A DNA stretch of 64,000 nt, from the NCBI RefSeq assembly GCF_006345805.1, contig NW_021832374.1:186001-250000 (forward strand). The letters are read 5' to 3'. The DNA comes from Octopus sinensis (taxonomy: Eukaryota). Shown here in pieces: positions 40,184 to 54,753 of the stretch. Within the stretch, counting starts at the first letter, position 1. Each line of letters opens with the position of its first letter. The notes under the pieces were generated by a model. It was not told the origin of the DNA, ran no database searches, and was given only the letters and a program-made list of their open reading frames with translations. The translations under genes were made by a program, and so were the position numbers.

Positions 40184-41133
40184 GGATCATTAATTCTACT
40201 CTTAATGAACTAAATTTACGTTTTATTTTATAAGTATTATTATGAATAATTCATTAAAAATATAAATTCATTCCTTTTTAGTAAATTTTGCGTTTGAATA
40301 CAAAATCGACAAAACAAAGCTAAAAGTCCACAATTCGTGTAGTTCCAATCCCACTGTACATCTGTGTTACATAAAAATCAAAGAAAGAGGAAATTGAAAG
40401 TTTAAATAACTTCCACCGGAATAAACTAAGTAATAAAAATTCAACTAAAAGTCGAATTGGCTGTAAGCTCGATAAGGTATGTACTCAGTTATAATTTCTG
40501 TAGATGCAATTATTTTTAATTCTCTAAAAATTTATTTATTTAAAAATGATTCCAATTTAATATGATAATTGTCGATATCTTGGGATTCTAGATGCGTAGA
40601 AGTTTAACTCAGAAATATTACAAACTATTCGTTAAACGTAATCATTATTAATTAATGTTATTTTCTTTGTTAGGACAGCTACTCCGTTAATAGTTCACGT
40701 TCGATATCTTTCTTCTTCGTATTGTTATAAGAAAGCTGACTATTTGGGCAGGTCAACTGACGACACCCTCAGTTTCTTTCCTCTGTTGCTAAGACTATTT
40801 GTCTCTTTTGTAATTTGGTGGTCGTCAACCTTCATGCCATGTTTGTGTAGCAACCAGCCTCTCTGCGTTTTATTTAATTGCCTTAGTCGAGATATTCAAA
40901 TTTTTACGTAGGAATTTAGAACTTTGTCACTACTCATCCCATATCAAAACGACAGGGACTATTTTGACTTTTTCCTTGTTGATCTATGGCGATTTTCCAG
41001 TAAACAAAAATATTAAAGAGAAATGAAAAAATTTTCTAAAAATGTTCAAAATAGTCTCTTTGATTTAAAACTGGTGAATTTTGTGAGGTTCATAAATTAT
41101 CAAAAAATTTATTAACTTAAAAAATACCAGGGC

Positions 41134-41401
41134 TTGTTAGACGGCTTTTGGTTTTGGCCAATTGTTGTTGAGACTTCGTGCGTCTTTGGCACAAAGACAG
41201 TTGATCATCTAAAGAAACTTGACTACCTCTGTTCTTTACGCTCCAAGGATCCTAGGGAATTTACATTCCTAATCCAAAGGATCCTGTTGGCCGTTGTGCG
41301 TGGGAACAGCTGTTCCATCCGGCTTGCTGGCCGATTAATTTCTGATTAATTTAGCTTTCCATATTTTTAATAAATACAAAGTGTTTAAGTCCAAAAAAAA
41401 A
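41134..41401 (+). mobile_element. 3' end of a CRE-like non-LTR retrotransposon (REL domain plus A-tail)
   Basis: FWPIVVETSCVFG...DPREFTFLIQRILLAVVRGNS, followed by AATAAA and an A-run. Confidence 0.75.
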
Positions 41402-42213
41402 CTTAAAAAATCACTAAAAATATGTATTAGTAAATATTCTATAATATTCATACATGTTGAAACAAGTTATAAAATTCAAACGAGAAAGGTTTGGGTTTTC
41501 TATTGATTTCCTTGTTTTTTGTAAAAATCAGATTTATGAGATGGCATGAGTTCATGACACCCTAATATTAAACAAATATATATCCGTGAATTCTTTTTCC
41601 AATAATATGTACTTTTTCAGGTCTTTTCACTTATTCTTCTTGAAAATGAAAATTTGTTGTTATAGAAAACAAATGTGATAAATTTGAAAATATTGTTGAG
41701 CTTTCAGTTGTATTAAAACATAATGGTATGCCAAGCAATGGTGGAAATTTAGAATATGTTATTTTTTTGTTTTGCGTATTCCGTTTTTAGTCTTCCTTAT
41801 AGTTCGTTTCATAATTAATTTTCATTTGTTTGTTTTCCGTCACGTGAATTTTTTTCTGAAATTTTGTGCGATTTTGGTTTAACTCTGTTATTAGTAGTAA
41901 GATACGGAGTTTGAATTTCTTTATGACTAAAGTCATTATTAATCTAAAATTATTAAATTAATGTTTTTCAATTACATATTTTTCAAGCAATCGTTGATGG
42001 CTTCCTTAAATAGTTTGAAAATTGTCAACATTTGTAGAAATGTAAGACGCTTTGCTGATATTGTCCGTAAATAATTTTTTTAAAGCTTTTTACGCATTCG
42101 GGGAATGTAATTTTTAAAATAATCGTTATAAGTTTTGTGGACAAATTATCATATTAAGCTTATTTATTTAATAAAGACGTATCTTGAAATTTATATTTGA
42201 TTGAGATTATTAT

Positions 42214-42377
42214 AGGATTTTAAAACAATAAGGACGTGAAAAGATAGCTAAGCTAATTACTGGCTTCACGAGACACCCGGCCAGCCTCGCGAATGGCAAA
42301 GCCGTTCCCTCGGATCACAGCAATCGACAGACGTTCCAGGAGCCAAGAATACTCTCTTGGATCGTGGCTAGTCCTTG
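42214..42377 (-). mobile_element. Short CRE-like REL 3' fragment between ~39-bp direct repeats
   Basis: DPREYSWLLERLSIAVIRGNG on the minus strand. Flanking repeat AGACGTATCTTGA..TTTATATTTGATTGAGATTATTAT at 42175-42213 and 42378-42416. Confidence 0.7.
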
Positions 42378-42505
42378 AGACGTATCTTGAGGTTTATATT
42401 TGATTGAGATTATTATTTTTTTTAAAGTTGTACTTTATTGAAAAAGAAAACAAATTAAGTTAGGAATGTAAAGAGGGGGAATTCTGGGGGGGCTAAAGCT
42501 CGCAT

Positions 42506-43909
42506 TCACCTGCGGAAAGTACCGCATGCGTGTTGCCACGGAGAATGGCGATGGATATCCGCTGCAATAGCCAAGAAACCTCGCGTGGCTCTTTCGTCCT
42601 GTGCGCCAATTTCCTCCCGACAAAAACTGACGACATCGTGGCTCTATTCCAATTAACCAACTTTTACGGAATGTAATAATACAAATACCCGATTGCTCAA
42701 TAAAATATTAAAATCTACTGAGGTAAACAACAGTGCCAATAAACTACCTAACATTGACTAAAAACAAATAAAGATGAAATGATCGAAAGAAAGTAAGCAA
42801 ATGTTGTTCGACACACGAACTGAATAGTCCGTAATTCCGTGGATGCACCTGATCCCTGAGCAAATCAAGTTGGTTGGTCAGTGTAGACTGTTTCTGTGTG
42901 GGACATTGCCTCTATACATGAGAGAACAAAGTACAGCAGTAGTAAGCAGATTTACAAGACCATCGACAAGCGAATGTTGCATTGGACGTGTAAAGTGTCG
43001 AATATGTTGGAGAACGGCATAAATAAGACTATTGATGTGTCTAAGTCTCAATCTCAGAAGAAGATGTCTCCGAATAAGTTGATCAGTAAGGACTGTAAGT
43101 TCACTATCCGAATTGAGGACTCTGAGTGAATTGATTGTATTATCCTTGGCAGTAATAAGTGAGTGGAGTCGTGCCTGTAATGAATGAATAAAAATACCAT
43201 CAGAAGAAGAAGTTGATTGGGAGGACGAGCACTCCCAGCACGTACTGGCTGTCTCACATGCTCTTTAAATGTATCTATCATTTGTTGTTGGGCAGAACTC
43301 TATCAGATATATCTACAACCAGCACCGATACGTCCCAGTCGTCCACAGTCCTTGTGCCCAGACTGTTCCCTTCAAACACAATACGGAAAGTCCCTCTGAC
43401 CATATCCACTGCGTTTACTCTCCCTTCGTACAGTCCATCCACTGGCTCTCTTATCCTCACTACCAGTTGAACTATATACGTGCCTGTCACCACCCCACCC
43501 ACCACGATTGGGACGGGGATACAATTTGGGAGATCCTCAATTCGAGAAATGTGCTTGTCTTGTTGGACTAATCGCACTCGACTGCGACATTCAGCCAATT
43601 CTCGTCGACTGTCCTCAAACATTGCACGTGAATGTCTTCTATGTTTTCCTAAAACTCCTCGGATTGATCTCCACTGGTCTTTCCGTAATTCAAATGTCTT
43701 CAGTTCAGGGAAATTGCCGAGGATTTTTTCACGAAATTCGTTTTTTCCAGCCAAAATGGCTCTGCTGTTTTCCGATTAGAAAACCTGTCAATATCGCTGT
43801 AGAACCACTCGTAGCACGCCCATCGATGTGCCATTGGCAGTTTCAGCATGTTATTCAGCTGTCTTATATTTCTCTCTCCTGTTTTGGAATTTACGACATT
43901 CAAATTCAT
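42506..43909 (-). CDS. LIN9: LIN-9 (DREAM/MuvB subunit; DIRP plus Tudor-like domains), multi-exon
   Basis: LKLPMAHRWACYEWFYSDID, WRSIRGVLGKHRRHSRAMFEDSRREL, and Tudor-like VDGLYEGRV...FRIVFE...VDDWDV. Confidence 0.88.
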
Positions 43910-44095
43910 TCTTCACGTAAAAATGCCTGATTTGTCTGCATTTTATGGTTCAATTTAAAAATATTAATTTCTAAATAAATTTAAATATAATATTAATCAT
44001 TTTTGATCACATATAGAAATAAAGACAAAAAATCAAGAAACCAAATTACAACCACCCAATTCTTGAATAAAAAATATCAAAAAACGTGTTTAAAG

Positions 44096-44770
44096 CAGTG
44101 GTCCTCAACGTGGGCGATGAATTTTTAATTTGGGGCGTTCGATTTGTAATAAAATTTTAAATATATTAGCATTATTTTTAAACGTCAAACTTATTTGTAT
44201 ACACGTGACAAAAACTTTAAACATACATGAGTTTATACCGTAGGATTCGTCGATACAATCAAGACTTTCTTAAATTTGGATTTGTATGTTTTATGAAGAT
44301 TCCAGCAAACCATTTTGTCTGATATGCCGAGTAATATTGTCCAACGAAGCAATAAAACCTTCTCGGTTACTTAATCACATTCGAACAAAACATTCCAATA
44401 AGATGGGCAAATCAATTGCCTATTAAACTGAAAGAAAATTACGATAATGAAACAACTTTGAAACATAATTTTAGTAAGGAAACAGTTAAATCTCACAGTT
44501 TTTTTTCATATATAATTTATAGCGGGATTGATTTTTTATCAAATAGCAGAATTAACTGCAAAGCATAGTTATCCGCGTACACTTTCTGAAAATATTATCA
44601 TTCCTTCTTTTAAAATTTTGTTAAAAAATAAACTGGAGCAGTTCCAAGGGGAGCATTAATTGACTTAACTTTTTATCTCTTTTGATTTTTTATATTAATA
44701 ATCACAACGATAATTTTGGAGTGATAAAAGTTCACAAAGGGCGACGAGTAAAAAAGTTTGAGAACCACTG
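44096..44770 (+). mobile_element. Internally deleted non-autonomous hAT (Buster-type) element
   Basis: TIRs CAGTGGTCCTCAA / TTGAGAACCACTG and near-perfect TSD GTTTAAAG / ATTTAAAG. Retains BED finger CLICRVILSNEAIKPSRLLNHIRTKH. Confidence 0.85.
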
Positions 44771-44836
44771 ATTTAAAGTACAAAAAAAAGAAAAAAATCG
44801 CAATTATTAAAAAGAAAAAACATCAAAGGGAAACAT

Positions 44837-45618
44837 CTATTTAGTCTTAGTACGCTGACTTCCACTCCTCTTTCGAGAAGTTTCGAGATGCTTCGCCAAG
44901 ACTAATTGATATTTCTTCAATTCATCCGCCCTCCTATGCTTCCTCTCAATTTTCATATCCAACAACAATTTCCTCCGCCTTTTGACAGCGGGGGTGACCA
45001 GACGCTGAATCTTGGGAGCCTTGGACCTACTCTGTCCCTTCTTATTCACATAAGGTCGTCGAACAACATAATTCCTCACATCGTCCTCCTTATCCAGCTG
45101 AAACAGCTTTTTTATTTTATCTGCTCGTTTTGGGCCCAGATGGCGTGGAACAGACGTGTCGGTCAATCCGGGAAGTTCATTGGGGCCTACAACTTGTTTA
45201 AAAGGATTTGTGAACCTTTTTTGATTAGAATTAAATTCACTGCCTTGATTAGTCTTCCGATAATACATCCGTGGACTACTTTACGTTTTCTGTCCCCACG
45301 TCTGATGGGATTGTAACATTTCTGTTTTCCTGAGAGGAGAATTCGAGTTCTTCCGTTGAGGATGACTCCGTTCATCATGGGACATCCCGCGTTGTCAAAT
45401 CCCCCGGTGACACGGACAATGTAACCCTAAAATACCGTGTTTGAGTGAAAATGGACTTGGAAGGCTTCTCCAAGGAATCCAATGTCGAATTGGGAGCCGA
45501 TTTTTTTATCATACAGTTTTGCAAGCATGCTGGGATCTTCTATTTCGAAGGCCTTTTGACATCCGGTTTCTGGGTAGGCGATATTTAACTAGATATTAAA
45601 ATGATGAATAACCTTCAT
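44837..45618 (-). CDS. RPS6: 40S ribosomal protein S6 (eS6), 3 exons
   Basis: MKLNIAYPETGCQK, GYIVRVTGGFDNAGCPMMNGV, RHLGPKRADKIKKLF, KAPKIQRLVTP. First intron is 24 nt (45589-45612). Confidence 0.97.
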
Positions 45619-45924
45619 ATGTAATACAACAAGAAATGTAGTGTCACGTTTATTGATTTAAATATTAATTAACTTAAATATTAATTAAATTTATATTCAA
45701 ATAATAATATTTTCTTCTCAATATCAATAGAAACTATCATTTTACAGTCGGGTTCTACGTTCCAATTTCTATTAAAATATTGGAAAAACAAATTCAAAAT
45801 AAATAAGTTAATTAAATAAATTTATTTTTCTGTTAATCTTATTTTGTTGATAATATACGACTGCACACATTAATCCCTGGAGATAATCACAACAATGAAC
45901 GAATATTTTATTTAAATATATTTA

Positions 45925-46810
45925 TCACATTAAGATAATTTTATTGCAGGCAATCACACTCCACATAACCGCATTTCGAGGATGTTCCCTCGCCAGTTTA
46001 TTAAAATCCTGATTCAACATTTTTTCAACCCTATCTGAGGCCACTGCATATTCCGCCACAGACAAAGTAGAATAAAAATTCTGCAAAACATCTGAAATAT
46101 CAGCAATGGCCAGAATAGTCACACATCTCACATCCATTCTCCACACATCACTCGACCAATGATTGAAAATACAATCACGGAGTGCGGAAAACAGTCTTTT
46201 TTGGACTCGGACATTTATAAATGGATAGAGAACGAAACTGGCAATCACCGAGTCCCTGAATTGGACAGAACAAATTCCCTTTTCACTCAAAGACTTGCAA
46301 ATCCGATCCCGCAAATTTCTAATTTGATAAACCAAGTTAAGTGGATTCCACGTCACCCCTAAAAACACGTTTTTTATACTAAAATAACCCGAAAATAATT
46401 CAATCCACGTCAGTAGAGTCCTGGGCTTTGATTTTCGGATAATTTCGAGGGCTTCGTCGAGGACTCCGTCACCACATGACCCGACTGAGGGCACCACGGC
46501 CACCTGGAGGGGATCCTTATTGGTAGACTGATTTTTTAATGTAATCTTTCCCCGTAGTCCCAACTCGGCCATGATGGCACATCTCAGTCCGAGGGAGACC
46601 GAGTCCTTCCAAACTGAGGCCACGTCCTGAAGGTTAGGAAGGATTATAAACCCCCTCGTTTCTGAAGGATAGGACTACAAGTTCTTCCATTAAATTTAGT
46701 TTGTCCTCATTTGATGGATTTTCAAGAGTTATTTGGTTTTTATTTATATTACTTGAGTTTTCTTCGGTGTGATCCTTTTGGACTCCACGGTGAGTCAATT
46801 CACTGCTCAT
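45925..46810 (-). CDS. GOLPH3: Golgi phosphoprotein 3 (GOLPH3/Vps74), 3 exons
   Basis: LNLMEELVVL, WKDSVSLGLRCAIMAEL, GDGVLDEAL, WIELFSGVTWNPL, RDRICKSLSEKGI. Confidence 0.9.
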
Positions 46811-47641
46811 TGTGAAAATGAGATAATAGATAGTACACACGTCACTGGTGACTTATAATATTTATTCTAAAAATATAGATTTAAAATAAAGTACTTTATT
46901 TTAAATACTGTTTAATCTCGATGGAAATACATTTTTGCACTAAATCGTTTGCGCATATTAAACTAACTTTGTTTCATCATATAATTAATAGTTGTTTTTC
47001 TTGAAGTTAACATTCATGACGATTTGAACATTATTGCCAGAAATTGTCCAGAATTGGCAGATTTAAAAATTAAAAAATGACCAATAACACTGGAAGCTCT
47101 CACTGGAAGCTCTCTCACTGATTTTATTATAACATGCGCAGGAAAAGACAGCGGCAAGTCTTTTAGTAATTACAAATAAAAAATACAGCTATTCCAGTAA
47201 CCTGGCTTTCTACAAGTTATATTTGATCTACTTCCACAGCTTAATGTTTTTAATCACAGAGAGGAATTATCCATAATCACTGTTTTCTGTTTTTTAAGTT
47301 ATTTATTTAGCAGAATTTCGTTTATTTTGATGATTTCGTTACTTTGAGAAAGAAACTCCAACCGAAAAAGAAACGTCCCAAGAAAAGAGTACATTTTCAA
47401 ATATTTCTGACAAAGAGAGTAAAGAAATCTTTAATATTTCAGACGAAACGCATACCATAATTCTTGATCATTACAAATAAATTTTTATATTGTATGATAT
47501 GTCATTTTTTCAAAATTTGTAATTCTCGTAAAGTAAACTCTTAAGTCTTTTTTAATTATTTTTTTCTAGAGGATATTTCGAATTTGAATTTACTACACGC
47601 AAAAAAAACCGGTTTTATTTAACACAGCTTAGTTAATATTA

Positions 47642-48587
47642 TGTCGCGTCCCATGGTGGTTACGCATCCCATGCTGGCTACATGTCACCTGTCAATCAAT
47701 CATTTTTACGAGGTCATTGGCTGTCAGATGTCATAATTAATGTGGTTTAATCATTCGTTACTCGTGTGGGCATATTTAATATTTTTAGCGTTAAAGCCAT
47801 TCTGGAATTCGTAAACTGCAACAGGAATGTTTACACTCCTATTTTACAATAAAGCACTCCATTCATTCTTCTATAAATGAAACACCATTTAAAAAACTAA
47901 GAGGAGTTTCTGGTATAAACACCGTCATTCATGATGATAAAAGTTTTTTTAATTTTTTTAATTTCAAAGAAAGTGAGTGTTCGGATGATTTTTATCATGT
48001 ATCATCAGAGGATATGGATGTAGAAAATATTTTAGATGTTTCAGGTAAATTTTGAATAACATATGCTAGACAACTTGGATGCTAGTGATTTTATATTGAA
48101 TTTTTCTCCACTTAATTTAAATTCACCATATTTTAAACGCATGAATAAAAAAATGAATGTTCATCAATCGAAATACAATTTTTCAATTGGGAGCGGAGTA
48201 TTTTTAGTGAATAATTGTTAGGTTAGAGTTCTAAAGGATTTTGGGACAAATCCTTCCCTAAGGCTAAACCGATTTGAATCCCCATATGGCGAACCTGCTG
48301 AAGTTGTTCAAATTTTGTCAAACAATCGACTAGAGGTCTATTTTATTATTATTTTATTTAACAGATTAAAACAAGTTCAGGGAAGTCTAAAATAGTTAAT
48401 ATGAATCAAGTTAAAAAAACGTAGACGCTTTATTTTAATAAATTTTTATTGTTGAAACGATTATTGATTAGAAATCAATGCAATTAAATTAATTATTAAA
48501 TTTGACAGTCACCATGACAGGCATTATTATTTATTGACAGGTGACATGTAACCACCATGGGATGGGTAGCTCGTGTGGGACGCGACA
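47642..48587 (+). mobile_element. Ginger-type DNA transposon, internally deleted, inserted at the 3' end of a Tc1 element
   Basis: TGT...ACA termini with ~55-bp imperfect TIRs (TGTCGCGTCCCA...TACATGTCACCTGTCAAT) and 5-bp TSD TATTA. Residual integrase C-terminal exons (FESPY...AEVVQILSNNRLE / IVNMNQVKK) are separated by GT-AG micro-introns. Confidence 0.75.
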
Positions 48588-49085
48588 TATTAATATGTTG
48601 TCCCCTTGCCATAAAACATCACTAGATCTTCTTGGCATGCTCTCGCTGAGCTTCTGTATTAGATGTTCTGAAATATTTTCCCAAATGTGCTTAATTTTGG
48701 ATTTTAGGTCATTTATGTTTTGCGGAGGATTTTTATTCAATTTGTTCTTCATAAATATTCATAAATGTAAAATAGGATTTAAATCGGGCTACTGTGTTCC
48801 AATAATTAATTTGACGTTTTTTTTTAAATTTTGTGATCTTCGATGTGTGGAGGCGCCAGATTCGTTGGAATATAAAGTCTTTTAAAGACATTTTTAAAGC
48901 AGACTCCCGTAGATTATTCGATAATATGTTTATATAATATGGAGAGTTCATCTTACCATTCAGAAATACTAAATTTATCACTCGGTTATAGCTGAAACAA
49001 CCCCACACCATAAGTTTCCCTCCTCCAAATCTTACATTTGGAGATAAATGCGATTTTTTCAGTTGTGTGTTATTTTTTGTATAAC
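48588..49085 (-). mobile_element. Tc1/mariner transposase fragment
   Basis: VRFGGGKLMVWGCFS, GKMNS..YINILSNNL, W.NI...LSESMPRR. Frameshifted. Confidence 0.85.
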
Positions 49086-49089
49086 ACAA

Positions 49090-49700
49090 TTCTCTAGTCT
49101 ATTCCCACACCAAGTCCGCATCATCACCACTGCCTCCTCCAACGGGCAACACTCCTGAAAGGGTCCTTCTCCCCACATTCCACTCTCATTCACTGTGATG
49201 GCTCCTATTTTTTCTTGTTCACCACACCTTGCGAGGAATATCATTCCACTGAAGTGGTTAGGTCTTTTCATGGTTGGTCTACTCCCAGTTAATGTCGACA
49301 CTCAGTACAGTCCCTCCACTTCTCTCCAGGAGAGGGGGCCTGTTCACTCCTCGGCCAATTTCGTCTTTTTCTTCCAGACCGAGTATTCACAGTCGGATTG
49401 ACTCAAGTTGAAATCTGGAAACAGACATAGACTTTATCTTCCAAGGGAGTGACTAGGAAGAGAATTGGTCTCTGTGGTGCATATAAGCGAGTCGGATTGA
49501 CCTTCTCCTGATACTCCTGCGAGACACACACTCAGGTACCCTCTGATCTAAGAAAACACACATGGCCACTATCAAGAAATTCCTATGCAGAAAGTACCTT
49601 CGGAAAACCTCAAACTGAACGTTCTGAAGGATTTTCAAGGAAAGCATTTAATTGAACAGGGTCGGAGGGAATGCTGTGCATGGTTCAAGACCGAAACTTA
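49090..49700 (-). mobile_element. GC-richer non-LTR retrotransposon fragments
   Basis: Compositional shift and an RT-like PPTLFN segment. Degenerate, family uncertain. Confidence 0.4.
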
Positions 49701-49739
49701 TTCTTTGACCCGATGGTAGTAGTTGCAACCATTCCAACG

Positions 49740-50290
49740 CCGCCAAAAAACTGGATCATCTTGCTACAAGATGTGGCTGAATGTTAATCAGCGATTGCCT
49801 GCGTCGCCTCAATGTAGTGGTAAGGTGCATTTACTTGCACATCTGCCGAAATATGGGATAAAACAGTCTAGGAAGTTGAAGAACCATTCCGTTCAGTCGA
49901 CTGTCTCTAATGAGGTGGTCGAAATACGGGTGGACACGACGATCAAGACGGATACTAAAATCAATAATATTAAACAAAACATTTTTGTCTACGACCAAGT
50001 TCGGAACATCACGCTTATCGAAGTTTGGATTACTTCTTAACAATCTTTGAAACATGTGGAAGTCGAGAAACTACATAAATACGATTTTTGGTAAGCGAAT
50101 TGACGTTTATTCAAAATAAAAATGTGAACATCGTACCACTGGTTCTCACATGGGATGGAATAACATCCAAATTTTACAAGCACTACCAGAACTCGCTAAG
50201 TCTAAAATTCAAGTCGTGCATATGTTCAGACGATTGTGATTAAAAAAACACTGGAGAGCATGTCCCTGGAATACTTAGATCTGACCCGAA
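49740..50290 (+). mobile_element. R4/Dong-like non-LTR retrotransposon 3' end (CCHC plus REL endonuclease)
   Basis: DHLATRC, KLKNHSVQ...EIRVDTTIKTD, ITLIEV.ITS...VEVEKLHKYD, IVPLVLTWDGI. Contains stops. Confidence 0.75.
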
Positions 50291-50984
50291 TTTATTGATT
50301 ACCAATTTTTCATCTATTTATATTGATTTTAGTTTTTAAAATTTGTTAATTAATTAAACTTTGCTAGATTGCTTTAAAGCAAAAAAAATTATGGACTGTT
50401 TTGTTTTCACAGACAGATACCCGTCTCTTGGGAACTGCTGAGTCAAATAATTGCCTGGAAATCTCAAAGTTATTTACTTTTATTAAAATTGGAATTTTTG
50501 TGAAAATCGTGTGTTTTTTGTTGACTTTAATCCAAATTCGACATGACTCAGTCAGGAGTGAATAAAAATGTTAACTAGACGACTTTTAGTGAATTGGCTA
50601 GTATTTTAGTTCCAGAATAAAGTTTTAAAAATTGCTAGCGAATTCCAATGCTCACAGTCTTACAGCCGTCTAGAATGTTGTGAGTCGGACAAATATGAAT
50701 GTCAAACTGTTGTTTAAAAAAGGTGTCCACTCGGACCAGGATCTGGGAAACAGAAATGTCCTTTTGAAATTACGTAAATAAAATTGAACATAAATATCGA
50801 CAAAGATATTTCACTGTCAAGAATGAGATTATCAGAAATGTAATTCGAAATTGTAAAGGTGGCAAATTTTCACGTCCTTTAAAAGTTCAAGATTTTTTTT
50901 TAATTGTAAATTGAATTGGTGCACGTCTCCTAAAATCAATTGCATCAATTGTGCGACAGAATGATTTTTGGCAACCTCCAACCT

Positions 50985-51285
50985 TTTGCACGCGATTTAC
51001 TGTTCTCGGCAAGCTTAACAGCATTAAACAAAAACGATAGGGGAATCAGACCCATCGATGTGGGTAACACATTCGGGAGGCTCGCTTAAAAAATCATTCT
51101 TAGTGATGTTCTTTTTGATCTGACTCTCAGTTGCTGCCACCTCAGTTCGTGTCCGAGGTGCCTGTGAGGCATCTGCCCACGGAGTGAGAGAACTGGCCAC
51201 TAAAGGCAACTCGAAAATTCCTTTCTTGTCAACCTGGGTATGCGAAACGCCTTCAACAGTGTTCACAGGGACAACATCCTGATGT
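50985..51285 (+). mobile_element. CRE-like RT fragment
   Basis: GIRPIDVGNTFGRLA...GACEASAHGVRE...NAFNSVHRDNIL. Confidence 0.75.
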
Positions 51286-51430
51286 TTAATTGAAAGAATA
51301 AAAAATTGCAGATTTTCTAAAACCCTAAAAAATTATTTATTTTATTGGTATTTAATAGTTTATTTTTTGTTTGGCTATTTTAAAAAACTAATAAAATATT
51401 TGAACTACATATCTAACCTATTTCTTATCA

Positions 51431-52619
<1,189 letters not shown>

Positions 52620-52629
52620 TTACGACAAC

Positions 52630-53754
52630 TGTCACAGTCCAGACGTGAGTCACGCCGGACGAGAGTCACTTGATCAGATTTTGGATATATTAATATTTTC
52701 TATATAATAAAATTATTCAATTATTGTATTTTATTTTTAAATTTTGCACGTTAACAAATGTTTCTAATTAAACTATCACAAGAGGATTTATTGAAAATAA
52801 GAACTTTTAAACAATTTGGATCATTTGATGACGGAATCAGTAGAAGAGAACGCTTTAGATTACGTAGGATTGCTAACCGAATACTTATTGAGGAAAATAT
52901 AGTCTACATATACCAAAGGAATAAAAAAGTCAGATTATTCTGCATAGAAGAACAAGAGTTAAAGCTGAAATATATACAAGTATTAATTTATTTAATTATG
53001 ATTAGTGTGAGCACAATTATGTACATTTTGGAAGATATAAAATGTTTTCTATGCTTAAGGGAAAGATATATGGTGCAACTCGCGAAGAGATTAGCAAAAT
53101 AATTGAAAAATGTGCTGATTGTCAGGTATTTGGTTAAATTATTCGATTTCAGTCCAAAAAATTGCTAGCTACAAGGCCGGTTATCACTCCTATTATTGCA
53201 AGAGGCCCAGGAGATAGATACATTGCTGATTTGATCGATTTAAGAAGATATTCAGAAATAAATAACAGCTTTAAATAGGTATTACGATTTATCCAGATTC
53301 TCGTTTTAATTGACTTTTTTTCAAAATATGGGGTTGTAGAACTTGCGAGAACCAAATGCGCCACAGAAATAGTGCCTATTATTGAAAACATTTTTATGAT
53401 GATTGGAGCTCCATTAATCTTGCAAACAGATAATGGAAAGGAGTTTAAAAACAATATGATGGAGGAAATGTGTACAAAGTTTAGCACTAAGCACATATGT
53501 GGAAGACCACGTGCCCATGGATACAAGGTCAGGTAGATATTTTGTTAATTTTAAGATTTAACCAATCTATAAAACGATGGATCTCTTTTACAAGCGCTTC
53601 AAATGGAATGTTTGGAGAATATCATGCAATTATTAAAAGAATTGTCTACGAATATAATAATTCTAAAAATGACACTACGAAGCATATTCCATTTAACATT
53701 TTTATTGGAGTGGGATATGAAAAAAAACTAGATGATTACATTATTGTATTCTAG
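52630..53754 (+). mobile_element. Ginger-type (Gypsy-integrase-related) transposon pseudogene with micro-introns
   Basis: Starts TGTCAC with short internal repeats. HHCC finger (EHNYVH...CADCQ) and DDE core (IADLIDL, LIDFFSKY, LQTDNGKEF, QGQV..RFNQSIK). No RT nearby. In-frame stops. Right end not found. Confidence 0.75.
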
Positions 53755-54753
53755 TTCCCATTTTGCCAAAAAGACTCAACATTATTTATTTAGAACTTGT
53801 ATCCCCATGCCATGGGATATCATAAATTTTCAGGGATCCCAGAAGGCGTTTCTATAACCCAAAGAAAGGGGTCCAAGAATTCATCATTCACCAATTTTTT
53901 AAAATAAGTCATTGCTTATTAAATATTAGTGCTTGGATTTTAGTACTATTAAAAATAGGGCATTGGTCTCTCTCACTTATTAACTATGTCGGACTAATTG
54001 TACAAAATAAACTATAATTTAAGTACTCTGGGTTGTTCTTATCCACTTTGTGCACAATTCAGGCAAGTAAATTGTATTCATGACATTTTTGCTTCTATTA
54101 ATTCTAACTTCGATAATAGTTTGGTTGTAATTATGGAATGTTGTTTAAAGACATGATTCGCATAAAAACATCAACTATAATAAACAGCATCACAATCTAA
54201 ACTATTCTATTTTTGGAAATTTAAGTAAAGCCTAGCAAAACTATTTCGATCAAATTTGTAGTTATCGAGACTCTACTTTTAAAATAGTTCTGCAAGAAAA
54301 TAAGGCTAAATTATACTTTGGACATAATAACATGCTGAGAATGTGCGTTTGTTGGTCAGTTTAGTTCAAATGAACAATTGTGGATTGTTTATTCTTGTTT
54401 GTAATCAGTTCTGCAAAAAACTTGAAAATTGTGCCGAGGCTTATCAAAATTAGGAAACCATAAATCTCTTTCTTAATTTACTTCCGTATAGGACATGCCT
54501 GCTTCCCAATTTAGAATGTTAGAAGCGGAACCTCATTGCTGACTAAATTTTAGAAAAGGACTTTATCAGCCAGAATAGAACAAAATACTCTCCAGATCCT
54601 CTCTCTATATATCAAAAACTGTTCATATTATGCGATCTTACAAAAATCATTCATAAATGTACTTAGTGTTTTAAAATTAATTTACTAAAATTATTTTTTA
54701 ATAATTTGAAGTAATTTGAAATTAATCATTATAAATAATTATATTTGAATTGA

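Noticed and set aside
46920-47480. LRR-like fragment (IIARNCPELADL) with a 13-bp tandem duplication
   Set aside because: Short and interrupted, so insufficient support for a gene call.
53760-54680. Coding-like region as possible additional cargo of the integrase element (for example Polinton genes)
   Set aside because: I could not identify polB, ATPase or capsid motifs, or a right-hand TIR.
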